DNA of 64,000 nt from an uncultured Acidobacteriota bacterium (GTDB taxonomy: Bacteria; Acidobacteriota; Thermoanaerobaculia; Multivoradales; JAHEKO01): the NCBI GenBank assembly GCA_963713825.1, contig CAVQNG010000003.1, forward strand, positions 128,001 through 192,000, in the 5' to 3' direction. This document shows positions 19,386 through 28,194 of the stretch, in pieces (positions within the stretch are counted from its first letter, which is position 1; each line of letters starts with the position of its first letter). Below the pieces are notes generated by a model. That model worked only from the letters and a program-made list of their open reading frames with translations. It was not told the DNA's origin and ran no database searches. Made by a program: the position numbers and the translations under genes.

Positions 19386-19615
19386 GGCTGGCTCCTTTTC
19401 TCAGATACTCTGGGTCTATAAGCAAGAGGCATACCCAGCTCGCATCTCGAAGTACCCGCCTGGATGCACGTCTTTCGCCAGGAATCCTCACCTGCCGTGT
19501 TCGGAGCCGGGAAGCCGACGTCCGGAATCGAACAACCGACCTGGTACTAGAATTGGCCTCTCTCGGCAGATAGGAGCCTCGATGTTCCATCACGGCGAAG
19601 AGGGGAGATCAGAGA

Positions 19616-20941
19616 ATGCAACAGTCCATAGTTCCGATGCACCGCAGAATCCTGATGGCCGGTTGCCTTGGCATTTGCCTGACTGCCTCTGTCAGCGCCC
19701 AATATGGTGCTCCGTCGAGCGGCGTCACTCTCTTTCGAGACCTCAACTTCTCCGGCCGTAGTCAGACCTTCACCGGTGACGTCTCTAATCTGCAGGGCTC
19801 CTACGTCGGTAACGACACGACCACTTCCGTGCGGATTGAACCTGGCTGCCGCGCCCGGCTCTACGCGGATGCGGACTACCGGGGCGGCTATCTCGAGGTG
19901 GATCGCGACGTTTCCGATCTGAGAGGCTCGTCGGTCGGCAACGACACCGTCACCTCTATGCGGGTGCACTGTGAAGAGGGTGGATGGGGTAGTGACAGCG
20001 ACTGGAACAGTGGCGGATCAACCCCTGGTGTGACGCTTTATCGCGACCTCGACTTCTCCGGCCGGAATCAGAAGATCAACGACGACATCTCCGACCTACG
20101 GGGCCACTATGTCGGCAACGACACAGCCACCTCCGTACGGATCGATCCCGGCTGCTCGGCCAGACTCTACGCCGACGCCAACTACCAGGGCAGCTATCTC
20201 GAGGCGGACCGCGACATCTCCGATTTGAGGGGCTCGTCCGTCGGCAACGACGCTGTCACCTCTGTGCGAGTCCGTTGTGACAGGAATGGGGGCGGATGGA
20301 ATAGCGGCAGCGACTGGAACAGTGGCGGGAGTGGATCGACTGGTGGCAGCACCACCAACGGTGTGACGCTCTATCGTGACCTCAATCTCTCCGGCCGAAG
20401 TCAGACTTTCACGGGCGACATCTCCGACCTGCGAGGCTCCTATGTCGGCAACGACGCCGCCACCTCTGTGCGGGTGAGCCGAGGCTGTCGTGCCAGGCTC
20501 TTCGCCGACGCCAACTACCGAGGTGCCTACATCGAAACGGAGCGTGATATCTCGGATCTACGTGGTTCACCAGTGGGCAACGATACGGTCACTTCCATCC
20601 AAGTGCGATGCGAAACCGACGGAGGCGGCTGGAATAGCGGCGGGGAGTGGGGCAGCGGAGATTCGAACTGGGGAACAAGCCACCGTGTCTCTCTGTACCA
20701 GCACACGAATTTTCGCGGCACCGCCTATTCTTTCGACTCGGACACAGGAGATCTGCGCGCCGCGTTCGGTGCCAACGACGAGGCGAGCTCGGTGCGAGTC
20801 GCCCCCGGTTGCACGGTGCGCCTCTATCAGGACCCCCAGTTTCAGGGGGAGTACACCGAGACCAGTCGCGATATCGAGGATCTGAGGGACTCTCGGGTGG
20901 GTAACGACACCACCAGCTCGATTCAGGTTCGTTGCCGATAG
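19616..20941 (+). CDS. Secreted protein with four tandem beta/gamma-crystallin domains
   Basis: Signal peptide. Four repeats of VTL(F/Y)RD.NFSG...GND..TS...C..RLY.D..Y.G...GND..TS...C separated by G/W/S-rich linkers. Confidence 0.88.
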   Translation: MQQSIVPMHRRILMAGCLGICLTASVSAQYGAPSSGVTLFRDLNFSGRSQTFTGDVSNLQGSYVGNDTTTSVRIEPGCRARLYADADYRGGYLEVDRDVSDLRGSSVGNDTVTSMRVHCEEGGWGSDSDWNSGGSTPGVTLYRDLDFSGRNQKINDDISDLRGHYVGNDTATSVRIDPGCSARLYADANYQGSYLEADRDISDLRGSSVGNDAVTSVRVRCDRNGGGWNSGSDWNSGGSGSTGGSTTNGVTLYRDLNLSGRSQTFTGDISDLRGSYVGNDAATSVRVSRGCRARLFADANYRGAYIETERDISDLRGSPVGNDTVTSIQVRCETDGGGWNSGGEWGSGDSNWGTSHRVSLYQHTNFRGTAYSFDSDTGDLRAAFGANDEASSVRVAPGCTVRLYQDPQFQGEYTETSRDIEDLRDSRVGNDTTSSIQVRCR

Positions 20942-20945
20942 GGCT

Positions 20946-23363
20946 CTAGGGTACGAGTACCTCTTCCCGGCGGGCCGCGCTTTCGCCCCGAGCTTCTGCC
21001 TGGCCGAAAGACCCGTGCTCGGTTCGAGCAATGATCTCCTCCTGCAGTTCGGGCGACAGGTCACAGAAGTAATCGCTGTAGCCGGCGACTCTGACGATGA
21101 GATCACGGTGCGACGCCGGATCCGCCTGCGCTCGCCTGAGCAGCTCCGCATTCACGACGTTGAACTGCACGTGATGGCCATCCATCTTGAAGTACGACCG
21201 CACCAGATGGGCCAGGTTGTCGATGCCCGCCTGGCCTTCGAGAAGCGAGGGGCTGAACTTCATATTGAGGAGTGTGCCGCCGGTCTTGACGTGGTCCATC
21301 TTGCCAGCCGACTTGAGGACCGCCGTGGGGCCGCTCCGATCGCTACCCTGGACCGGAGAGATGCCTTCCGAGACCGGTTGCCCATCCAGGCGACCATCAG
21401 GCGTCGCACCGGTGATCGATCCAAAATAGACATGGCAGGTGGTGGGTAACATCTCGAGGCGATAGGTGCCGCCCTTCGCGGTCGGCCGCCCATCGATGGC
21501 CTCGAAGGCCGACTGGAACACCCGCCTCATGATGTCGTCGGCGTAGTCGTCGTCATTGCCATATTTGTGGGTTCTGTGGAGGAGGCGTTGTCGCAAGGGC
21601 TCATCTTCTGAGAAGTCCTGATCCAGAATGGCGACCAACTCATCGAGTCCGTTGCTTGCCTTCTCGTAGACCAACTCCTTGATGGCGGCCAGGCTGTCGG
21701 TGATGGTTCCGATACCCACCGCCTGGATGAAGGTGTTGTTGTAGCGCGCTCCCCCGGCGTTGTAGTCCCGTCCCGCCGCAATGCAGTCGTCGATCAGCAC
21801 CGACAGGAAAGGCGCCGGCATCTCTCTGGCATAGAGACTCTCGATGATCTGGTTGCCGCGGATCTTGAGATCGACGAAGTGCCGCAATTGCCGCTCGAAG
21901 GCATTGAACAGCTCGTCGAAGTCGGCAAAAGAGACGGCTTCTCCGGTTTCGGGGCCGAGCTGTCGCTGCGTCTTCGGATCGAAACCGTTGTGGAGTGTCA
22001 GCTCCAGGACCTTCGGCAGGTTGAAGTAGCCGGTCAGAATGTAGGCCTCCTTGCCGAAGGCCCCCACCTCGACACAGCCGCTGCAGCCGCCGGCCCGGGC
22101 GTCCTCGAGCGATTTGCCTTGCCGAATCTGCTCCTCCACCACTGTGTCGGCGTTGAAAATGGAGGGGAAGCCGTAACCCTTGCGCACCACCCGGAGTGTG
22201 TGGTCCAGCAGAGCGTCGGGAGTCTTGCGTGAGACCTGAACATTGGTGCTGGGCTGCAAAAGGTGCATCTCATCCACGATGTCCAGAAGGATGTGGGAGA
22301 TCTCATTCGAGCCGTCTGAGCCGTCCTGCAGAAGGCCGCCGATGTTGATGTTGGCGAAATCGGTATAGGTCCCACTCTCGGCGGCGGTGACGCCGACCTT
22401 GGGCGGTGCCGGATGGTTGTTGAACTTGACGAAGAAGGCTTCCAATAGCTCGCGAGCCGACTCTCGCGTCAGACTCCCTTCTGCCAGGCCTTTCTCGAAA
22501 AACGGCAGAAGATGCTGATCCAGGTGCCCCGGGTTGAAGGCATCCCAGCCGTTGAGCTCGGTAATGACAGCCAGATGACAGAACCAGTAGTACTGCAGAG
22601 CTTCGTGGAAATCCCTCGGCGCCCCGGCCGGGACCTGCCGGCACACCTCTCCGATCTTCTCGAGCTCGGCCCGCCGTCGCGGATCCTCTTCGACCGCGGC
22701 CCGATTCTCAGCCAGCTCGGCATGCCGCTCGGCAAAGAGAATAACCGCGTCGCAAGCTACGTCCATCGCCCGCAGGGCTTCACGTTTCTCCTGCGCCTGT
22801 GGATCCTCTGCGAAGTCCAGGGAGGCTAGCGACTCGGCGATGTCTCCCTTGAAGTCGAGCATCCCCTTCGTGTAGATCTTGTCGTCGAGAACCGTGTGGC
22901 CTGGAGCCCGCTGCTCCATGAACTCGGTGTACATGCCGGCCTCATAGGCCTCGTGCCATTCCGCGGCAAGGTTGGCGAAGATCCGATCCCGCATCGAGCG
23001 ACCCTGCCAATAGGGAATCACCTTGCTCTCGTAGGCCTCGAGACACCGCTCAGGAACCTGATAGGAGGTCTTGGGCCGCGAGTCGAGAATCTCGAGATCT
23101 TCGAGGCTGTGGCAATTGAGCTCGGGATAGGTGGGAACCGCCTTGGGACGAGGCCCCCGCTCGCCCACGATGAGCTCCTCCTCGCCCAGATATAGGGTCT
23201 TGTTCTGACACAGATGGTAGAAGGACAGGGCGCGCATCACCGGCACCGAGTGCCGGCCGGAATGCTCCTGATAGAAGTCGGTCAGCAGCTCGGCCCGTTC
23301 GCTGGAGATGGAAGGCCGTAGATCCAGGCTCTCTCGTCGCAGTCTTCGCGTCTTCTCATTCAT
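20946..23363 (-). CDS. hypD: Glycyl radical enzyme, trans-4-hydroxy-L-proline dehydratase type
   Basis: RVAGYS glycyl loop, SGCVE Cys loop, and HypD-type segments EFMEQRAPGHT, WDAF, ESGTYTDFAN, LTGYF, MLPTTCH. Confidence 0.88.
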   Translation of the reverse strand: MNEKTRRLRRESLDLRPSISSERAELLTDFYQEHSGRHSVPVMRALSFYHLCQNKTLYLGEEELIVGERGPRPKAVPTYPELNCHSLEDLEILDSRPKTSYQVPERCLEAYESKVIPYWQGRSMRDRIFANLAAEWHEAYEAGMYTEFMEQRAPGHTVLDDKIYTKGMLDFKGDIAESLASLDFAEDPQAQEKREALRAMDVACDAVILFAERHAELAENRAAVEEDPRRRAELEKIGEVCRQVPAGAPRDFHEALQYYWFCHLAVITELNGWDAFNPGHLDQHLLPFFEKGLAEGSLTRESARELLEAFFVKFNNHPAPPKVGVTAAESGTYTDFANINIGGLLQDGSDGSNEISHILLDIVDEMHLLQPSTNVQVSRKTPDALLDHTLRVVRKGYGFPSIFNADTVVEEQIRQGKSLEDARAGGCSGCVEVGAFGKEAYILTGYFNLPKVLELTLHNGFDPKTQRQLGPETGEAVSFADFDELFNAFERQLRHFVDLKIRGNQIIESLYAREMPAPFLSVLIDDCIAAGRDYNAGGARYNNTFIQAVGIGTITDSLAAIKELVYEKASNGLDELVAILDQDFSEDEPLRQRLLHRTHKYGNDDDYADDIMRRVFQSAFEAIDGRPTAKGGTYRLEMLPTTCHVYFGSITGATPDGRLDGQPVSEGISPVQGSDRSGPTAVLKSAGKMDHVKTGGTLLNMKFSPSLLEGQAGIDNLAHLVRSYFKMDGHHVQFNVVNAELLRRAQADPASHRDLIVRVAGYSDYFCDLSPELQEEIIARTEHGSFGQAEARGESAARREEVLVP

Positions 23364-23369
23364 CGCTCT

Positions 23370-24275
23370 CTAGCCTCCAATGCTGGCGGCGATTCCCTCT
23401 GCTTCCACCAGCTCTAGCAGATTCTGCATGTCACCAGGAGTGGGAGATTGCAGTTCGGGCAAGGTCGCATCTCGTTCCAAGCGTCTGGACTTGCTCTCGC
23501 CCAGCGGGTGGTAGGGCAACAGGCACACTCGCTCGACCGAGGGGATAGAGGCCGCCAGCTTGGCGGTGGCGCCGAGATTCTCGGCATCATCGTTGACACC
23601 GGGGATCACCGGTACCCGCAGCCAGATCGGCTGCTCCATTCGACCCAGAGCCTCGAGGTTGGACAGGATCTGACGATTCGAGACACCGGTGTAGCGGCGG
23701 TGCTTCTCGTCGTTCATCATCTTCACGTCGAAGAGAAACAGATCGGTGAGCTCGGCAACAGAGAGTAGGTCCTCTTGCGAAGCCAAGCCGCAGGAGTCCA
23801 CGACTGTATGAAGCCCACTCTGGCGGCAGGCCTCGAGCACTGCCCGCAGGAAGCCCGCTTGGCGCAGAGGTTCGCCGCCCGAGAACGTCACACCGCCTCC
23901 GGAGTCGTCGTAGAAGATCCGGTCCTTCAAGACGACTTCGAGTATTTCCTCGACACTCATCGCCCGGCCCGCCATCTGACGCGCCTCTGTTGGGCAGATG
24001 CCGGCGCAAGCTCCGCAGAGAAGACAGCGCTCGGCATCTTCGGCACTGGGAGAGCTGTATGGCACTGGGAGACTCTCCGGGCAGGCTGCGACGCACTCAC
24101 CACATCCAATGCACCGGCTGGGAGTCATCAGAATCTCGGGGCGCGCAGAGATTCCCTCTGGGTTATGGCACCAGACGCAGTCCAGGGGGCAGCCCTTGAG
24201 AAAGACCGCAGTGCGAATCCCCGGCCCGTCGTGAACCGAGAAGCGCTGAATGTTGAAGACCTGCCCTCGCTTCAC
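23370..24275 (-). CDS. Glycyl-radical enzyme activating enzyme (radical SAM with ferredoxin insert)
   Basis: HDGPGIRT, CPLDCVWCHNPE, two CxxCxxCxxxCP motifs, GGVTFSGGEP. Confidence 0.95.
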   Translation of the reverse strand: MKRGQVFNIQRFSVHDGPGIRTAVFLKGCPLDCVWCHNPEGISARPEILMTPSRCIGCGECVAACPESLPVPYSSPSAEDAERCLLCGACAGICPTEARQMAGRAMSVEEILEVVLKDRIFYDDSGGGVTFSGGEPLRQAGFLRAVLEACRQSGLHTVVDSCGLASQEDLLSVAELTDLFLFDVKMMNDEKHRRYTGVSNRQILSNLEALGRMEQPIWLRVPVIPGVNDDAENLGATAKLAASIPSVERVCLLPYHPLGESKSRRLERDATLPELQSPTPGDMQNLLELVEAEGIAASIGG

Positions 24276-24976
24276 GCCTCAGCCCCCCCGGTCTCCAGAA
24301 GATCCGCCTCCGGGAAGTAGTACTGGAGAATGAAACGCTCCTGCACCTGGAACGACCAGTGGACGTCCCGCAGGTAGTCTGCCGCTCCCCGCATGTCACC
24401 AACCTCGAGGAGATCCAGAAACGCGGCGTGCTCGGTCGTCGAAGCCAACTCCCACTCGGGCAGGAAATCCCTAGGCCGTGGAAAGTCGTACAGGCGATGC
24501 TTGGCGTTCTCCACCATGCGTAGCAAGCTGGCGTTGCGGTTCAGTCCCAGAAAGACCTCGTGGAAGGACAGGTTGCGGGCGTAGTAGCGATTGAAATCAC
24601 CCGCCTCCACGGCGTGCACCATCTCCGTGTTGAGAGAGCGCATCTGTCGAAAGTGGGCCTTCTCCAGTCGATCGCCAACGGACACCACAGCGGCTCCTTC
24701 GAGAGCACCGATGATCTCGTAGAGGTGGCGCACATCCTCCAGGGTGAGTCGATTCACGATGACTCCCCGCCTGGGAAGAATCGAGACAAAGCCCTCGGTC
24801 TCGAGCTGAATCAGCGCATCTCGGAGCGGTGTCTTGCTGATGCCGAGGCTCTCTGACAGCTGTTTCTGATCGAGGAACGACCCGGCGTCGAGCTCGCCGC
24901 GATTGATGGCATCGCGCAGGTACTCGTAAACCTGTTCCCGCAGGGAGCGAAGCTGCAAGATGCCATTCTCGGCCAT
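24272..24976 (-). CDS. GntR (FCD) family transcriptional regulator
   Basis: SLREQVY, LGISKTPLRDAL..LE.EG wHTH, FH and EH motifs of the FCD domain. GTGA-coupled to the activase. Confidence 0.92.
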   Translation of the reverse strand: MAENGILQLRSLREQVYEYLRDAINRGELDAGSFLDQKQLSESLGISKTPLRDALIQLETEGFVSILPRRGVIVNRLTLEDVRHLYEIIGALEGAAVVSVGDRLEKAHFRQMRSLNTEMVHAVEAGDFNRYYARNLSFHEVFLGLNRNASLLRMVENAKHRLYDFPRPRDFLPEWELASTTEHAAFLDLLEVGDMRGAADYLRDVHWSFQVQERFILQYYFPEADLLETGGAEA

Positions 24977-25003
24977 GGGAGTTGTTCTCTCGTTGCGTAT
25001 ACT

Positions 25004-25025
25004 GAGATCTAATATATCAGATTTC
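25004..25025. promoter_or_regulatory. Candidate GntR operator
   Basis: GAGATCTAATA|TATCAGATTTC, 9/11 dyad symmetry, AT-rich, ~30 nt upstream of the gntR start. Confidence 0.6.
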
Positions 25026-25127
25026 ACCAACAAGTTCGAGGATCCATGGAATGCGGCGGCGCTTCTCGCCTGTTACAATTCTCCAGAGCCGGTCGCGTTC
25101 CGCGCCGGAGTCGATGGCATCAGAGAC

Positions 25128-25484
25128 ATGATCTGGGGACGAACCGGCATCCGCCAACTGACGGCCCTCCTGGTCCTGGTCATTCTCATGGCTGCCAGCG
25201 GCCTACCGCATTGGCACCCCGTCCCACTCGAGAAGCCCGACAAGAGCGACATCCTCCTGGATGAAACGCCCAGCGAAGCAGGAATTCTGCTCTCTGCTTC
25301 TAATGCCGATCTCTTCGAGTGCGCGGCTTGCGTCCTGCAGCGCATCCTGACCCATGCCAGGACCCAGGGTGCGCAGGCTGCACCCCAGCCCGTTCTGCAA
25401 GCCGAGGTCGAGGCGACTTCGGAAGTACCGGTCTCAGAACCCCCTCTCCGATACGCCGATCCCCGCGGTCCCCCGCGGTCCTGA
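25128..25484 (+). CDS. DUF2946-like leader protein (TM, HxH, CxxC, C-terminal RGPP)
   Basis: Hydrophobic N-terminus, HWH, CAAC, Pro-rich linker, ends PRGPPRS immediately upstream of metal-uptake genes. Confidence 0.75.
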   Translation: MIWGRTGIRQLTALLVLVILMAASGLPHWHPVPLEKPDKSDILLDETPSEAGILLSASNADLFECAACVLQRILTHARTQGAQAAPQPVLQAEVEATSEVPVSEPPLRYADPRGPPRS

Positions 25485-25591
25485 CGCCACATTCAGCAGG
25501 CCTTGCCAAACTCGCACGAGCGGGCAAGGCCGGGCGGTCGCAATACTCGACTGACCTATCTGCTCACAGCGTCATCGATCAGGAGACTGTT

Positions 25592-27073
25592 TTGGAGAGA
25601 CTAGCAAGACGAAATGGAACTTGCGGGATTCTGACTCTGGCATTTCTTTGCCTACCTCTGGCGGCGGCTCGGCCCGTCGAAGCCCAGACAGCAGGAACCC
25701 AGGAATCCGAGTCGGCAGCCACAGAGCCCACAGACGAGATCGAACGCCTCGAGGAACGACTTCGCCGCCTCGAGGAGACCTACCAACGCCAGATTCTTGA
25801 GCTGCAGGAGGAGCTCGCCGAGCTCAGAGAGCAGGTCTCAGAGTCACAAGAGGATCGGCAGCAAGAGGATTTGGAGGCGCTCCTCGCCGAGGCCGAAGAG
25901 CTCACAGCCGAGGAGAAGCTAAAGGAAGAGGTCGCAGAAGACCAGCGCGATACCTTTGTCGGACGAGAGCGCACCCAGCAAGCCCTGAACCCCGAGATCA
26001 GCTTTATTGGAGACTTCTCCTACGATTGGTCCGAGAGCGATATCAAGGACGGTTTCGTGATGCGGGGCGTGGAGATCGGTCTGCAGGCGCCCCTCGATCC
26101 CTATACCCGCTTCAAGGGATTCCTGGCCGGCCATCAAGATCCCTTCGAGTTTCCGTTTCATGATCACGAAGAAGAGGGCGACCACGACGATGTCACGCAC
26201 GAAGACGAACATGCACATGAGGGAGAGATCGGCGTTAACGTCGAAGAGGCCTATATGGAGTGGGTGGCCTTGCCTTTTCACACGCGGCTCCAAGTCGGCA
26301 AGTTTCGACAGCAGTACGGGACCCTCAATCGATGGCACCGTCACGCTCTGCCCAGTGTCGACTCTCCCTTCGCCCTGCAGCATGTCTTCGGTCACGGACT
26401 CATCGGGCTCGGCATCGGCCTGGACTGGCAACTCGGCAAGCTCTGGGCGACGAACAACGGCTTGACCCTGCAGATCACCAACGCTGACAACTCGGCTGCT
26501 TTCGCAGGAGCGGAGTGGAATGATCCGGCGTTTCTGCTACGCCATACTGGGTTCTTCGAACTCGGGCCGGATTCCTATTTCGATCTCGGCCTGAACTGGA
26601 CTCGTGGACCCAACACGGAAACCGGCGATGAGAAGACCGACATCTACGGATTCGACTTCGCCTATGTCTGGGAGCCAACCAATCGGGCCCGATATCGCAG
26701 CCTGGAGTTTCGCGGCGAGTACATCCATACGAACTACGACACCGGGGACACTGCCTCGATAGCCTCCGATTCGTACTACGCCTATCTCTTTGGCCGCTTC
26801 AGCCGACGCTGGATCGTCGGATTACGCTATGACAATGCGGAGCTTCCTGGCTACGGTCACGGAATTTACGACCCCGCGGAGTTTCGAGAGGGCCTCAAGG
26901 ACACCGGCTGGACTCCGTTCTTGACCTACTGGCAGAGTGAGTTCGTGAGACTACGACTGCAGTATCAGAGAATCGATCGCGACTTCATCTCACCCAAGGG
27001 CCCGGAGAAAGACAATCGGCTCTGGCTACAGGTGACGTTCTCAGCGGGTCCGCACAAGCACGAATCCTATTGA
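25592..27073 (+). CDS. Outer-membrane beta-barrel metal-uptake protein with coiled coil and His/acidic loop
   Basis: AGGAG SD plus TTG, signal peptide, coiled coil, LNPEIS, EEAY, LNRWHRH, HDHEEEGDHDDVTHEDEHAHE, C-terminal GPHKHESY. Confidence 0.78.
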   Translation: MERLARRNGTCGILTLAFLCLPLAAARPVEAQTAGTQESESAATEPTDEIERLEERLRRLEETYQRQILELQEELAELREQVSESQEDRQQEDLEALLAEAEELTAEEKLKEEVAEDQRDTFVGRERTQQALNPEISFIGDFSYDWSESDIKDGFVMRGVEIGLQAPLDPYTRFKGFLAGHQDPFEFPFHDHEEEGDHDDVTHEDEHAHEGEIGVNVEEAYMEWVALPFHTRLQVGKFRQQYGTLNRWHRHALPSVDSPFALQHVFGHGLIGLGIGLDWQLGKLWATNNGLTLQITNADNSAAFAGAEWNDPAFLLRHTGFFELGPDSYFDLGLNWTRGPNTETGDEKTDIYGFDFAYVWEPTNRARYRSLEFRGEYIHTNYDTGDTASIASDSYYAYLFGRFSRRWIVGLRYDNAELPGYGHGIYDPAEFREGLKDTGWTPFLTYWQSEFVRLRLQYQRIDRDFISPKGPEKDNRLWLQVTFSAGPHKHESY

Positions 27074-27089
27074 TGGTCGAGGAGCAATA

Positions 27090-28190
27090 ATGAAACACAC
27101 ACGCAACTCCAGTCCAATTCTGCTGTCTATCGCCATCGCTCTTACGGTTGGCTTCTTGTGCGCGGCGGAGAATCTCTCAGCTCAACCTGAGGCGGCCTCT
27201 CCTGACAACCCCCTCCAGGTCGTGACAACGATCCCCGACTATGCGTGGGTCGCCCAGGAGATCGGTGGAGACCGGGTCACGGCCGAATCCATCAGTCACG
27301 GCGACCAGGACGCACATTTCGTCCGGCCCAAACCTTCGTTCCAGACCAAGTTGCGCAGCGCCGACCTGTTCATCACGACCGGCCTGGATCTAGAGCTGTG
27401 GGCGCCGACACTCCTCGACGCGGCCGGCAATCGCAACGTTCTCGAGGGGGCACCTGGATACGTTGCGGCTTGGACGGGAATCGAGCTGCTGGACAAGCCA
27501 AGGACCCTGAGTCGTTCCGAAGGCGATGTCCATGTCTACGGCAATCCCCACATTCACACCGACCCACTGAACATGGTGATCGTCGCCCGCAATGTCCTGG
27601 CAGGCCTCGAGAAGGTCGATCCTGCCAATTCCGACTACTACCGGGAGCGGGAAGCCGCCCTGGAGGACCGTCTCTACCGACGGCTCTTCGGAGACGAGCT
27701 CGTCGACCTTCTGGGTGGAGACACCCTGGCCCGCCTTGCCCGTTCGGGCAAGCTAGAGGCTTTCTTGGAGGGCAAGGAGTACCCCAGCGGCAGTGGGTCG
27801 ACTCTCGCCGATCGGCTCGGCGGCTGGTTGAAACAGACCGAGCCGATCCGCGGACGCCAACTGATCGGCTACCACAAGAACTGGATCTACTTCACCAACC
27901 GCTTCGGGCTCGACATGGTCGGGTACGTGGAGCCCAAGCCGGGCATACCGCCTACCCCACGCCATGTTGAGACGATCATGGAGTTGATCCGCGATCAGGG
28001 GATCGACGTGATCCTCTCCGCCAATTACTTCAACCCACAGAAGACGAAGGCCATCGGGGACCGCACGGGAGCCACCGTGGTGACCGTGCCTCTCTACTCG
28101 CAGGGCGAGGCAGGGATCGAGGGCTATGAAGACCTCATCGATGCCTGGCTCGAGAGACTAGTGAGCGCCTTCGAGGCAACGGAAGGATAG
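27090..28190 (+). CDS. ZnuA/TroA-like metal ABC transporter substrate-binding protein
   Basis: VVTTIPD, QDAHFV, GLDLELW, GDVHVYGNPH, YHKNW.YF, EPKPGIPP. Confidence 0.92.
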   Translation: MKHTRNSSPILLSIAIALTVGFLCAAENLSAQPEAASPDNPLQVVTTIPDYAWVAQEIGGDRVTAESISHGDQDAHFVRPKPSFQTKLRSADLFITTGLDLELWAPTLLDAAGNRNVLEGAPGYVAAWTGIELLDKPRTLSRSEGDVHVYGNPHIHTDPLNMVIVARNVLAGLEKVDPANSDYYREREAALEDRLYRRLFGDELVDLLGGDTLARLARSGKLEAFLEGKEYPSGSGSTLADRLGGWLKQTEPIRGRQLIGYHKNWIYFTNRFGLDMVGYVEPKPGIPPTPRHVETIMELIRDQGIDVILSANYFNPQKTKAIGDRTGATVVTVPLYSQGEAGIEGYEDLIDAWLERLVSAFEATEG

Positions 28191-28194
28191 CTGT

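Noticed and set aside
19372-19593. PadR-like regulator expected upstream of the ADOP permease
   Set aside because: The short ORF there has no wHTH features and is probably non-coding.
19700-20620. CRISPR-like or tandem DNA repeats (GTCGGCAACGAC recurring)
   Set aside because: In-frame coding repeats of the crystallin domains with no repeat-spacer structure.
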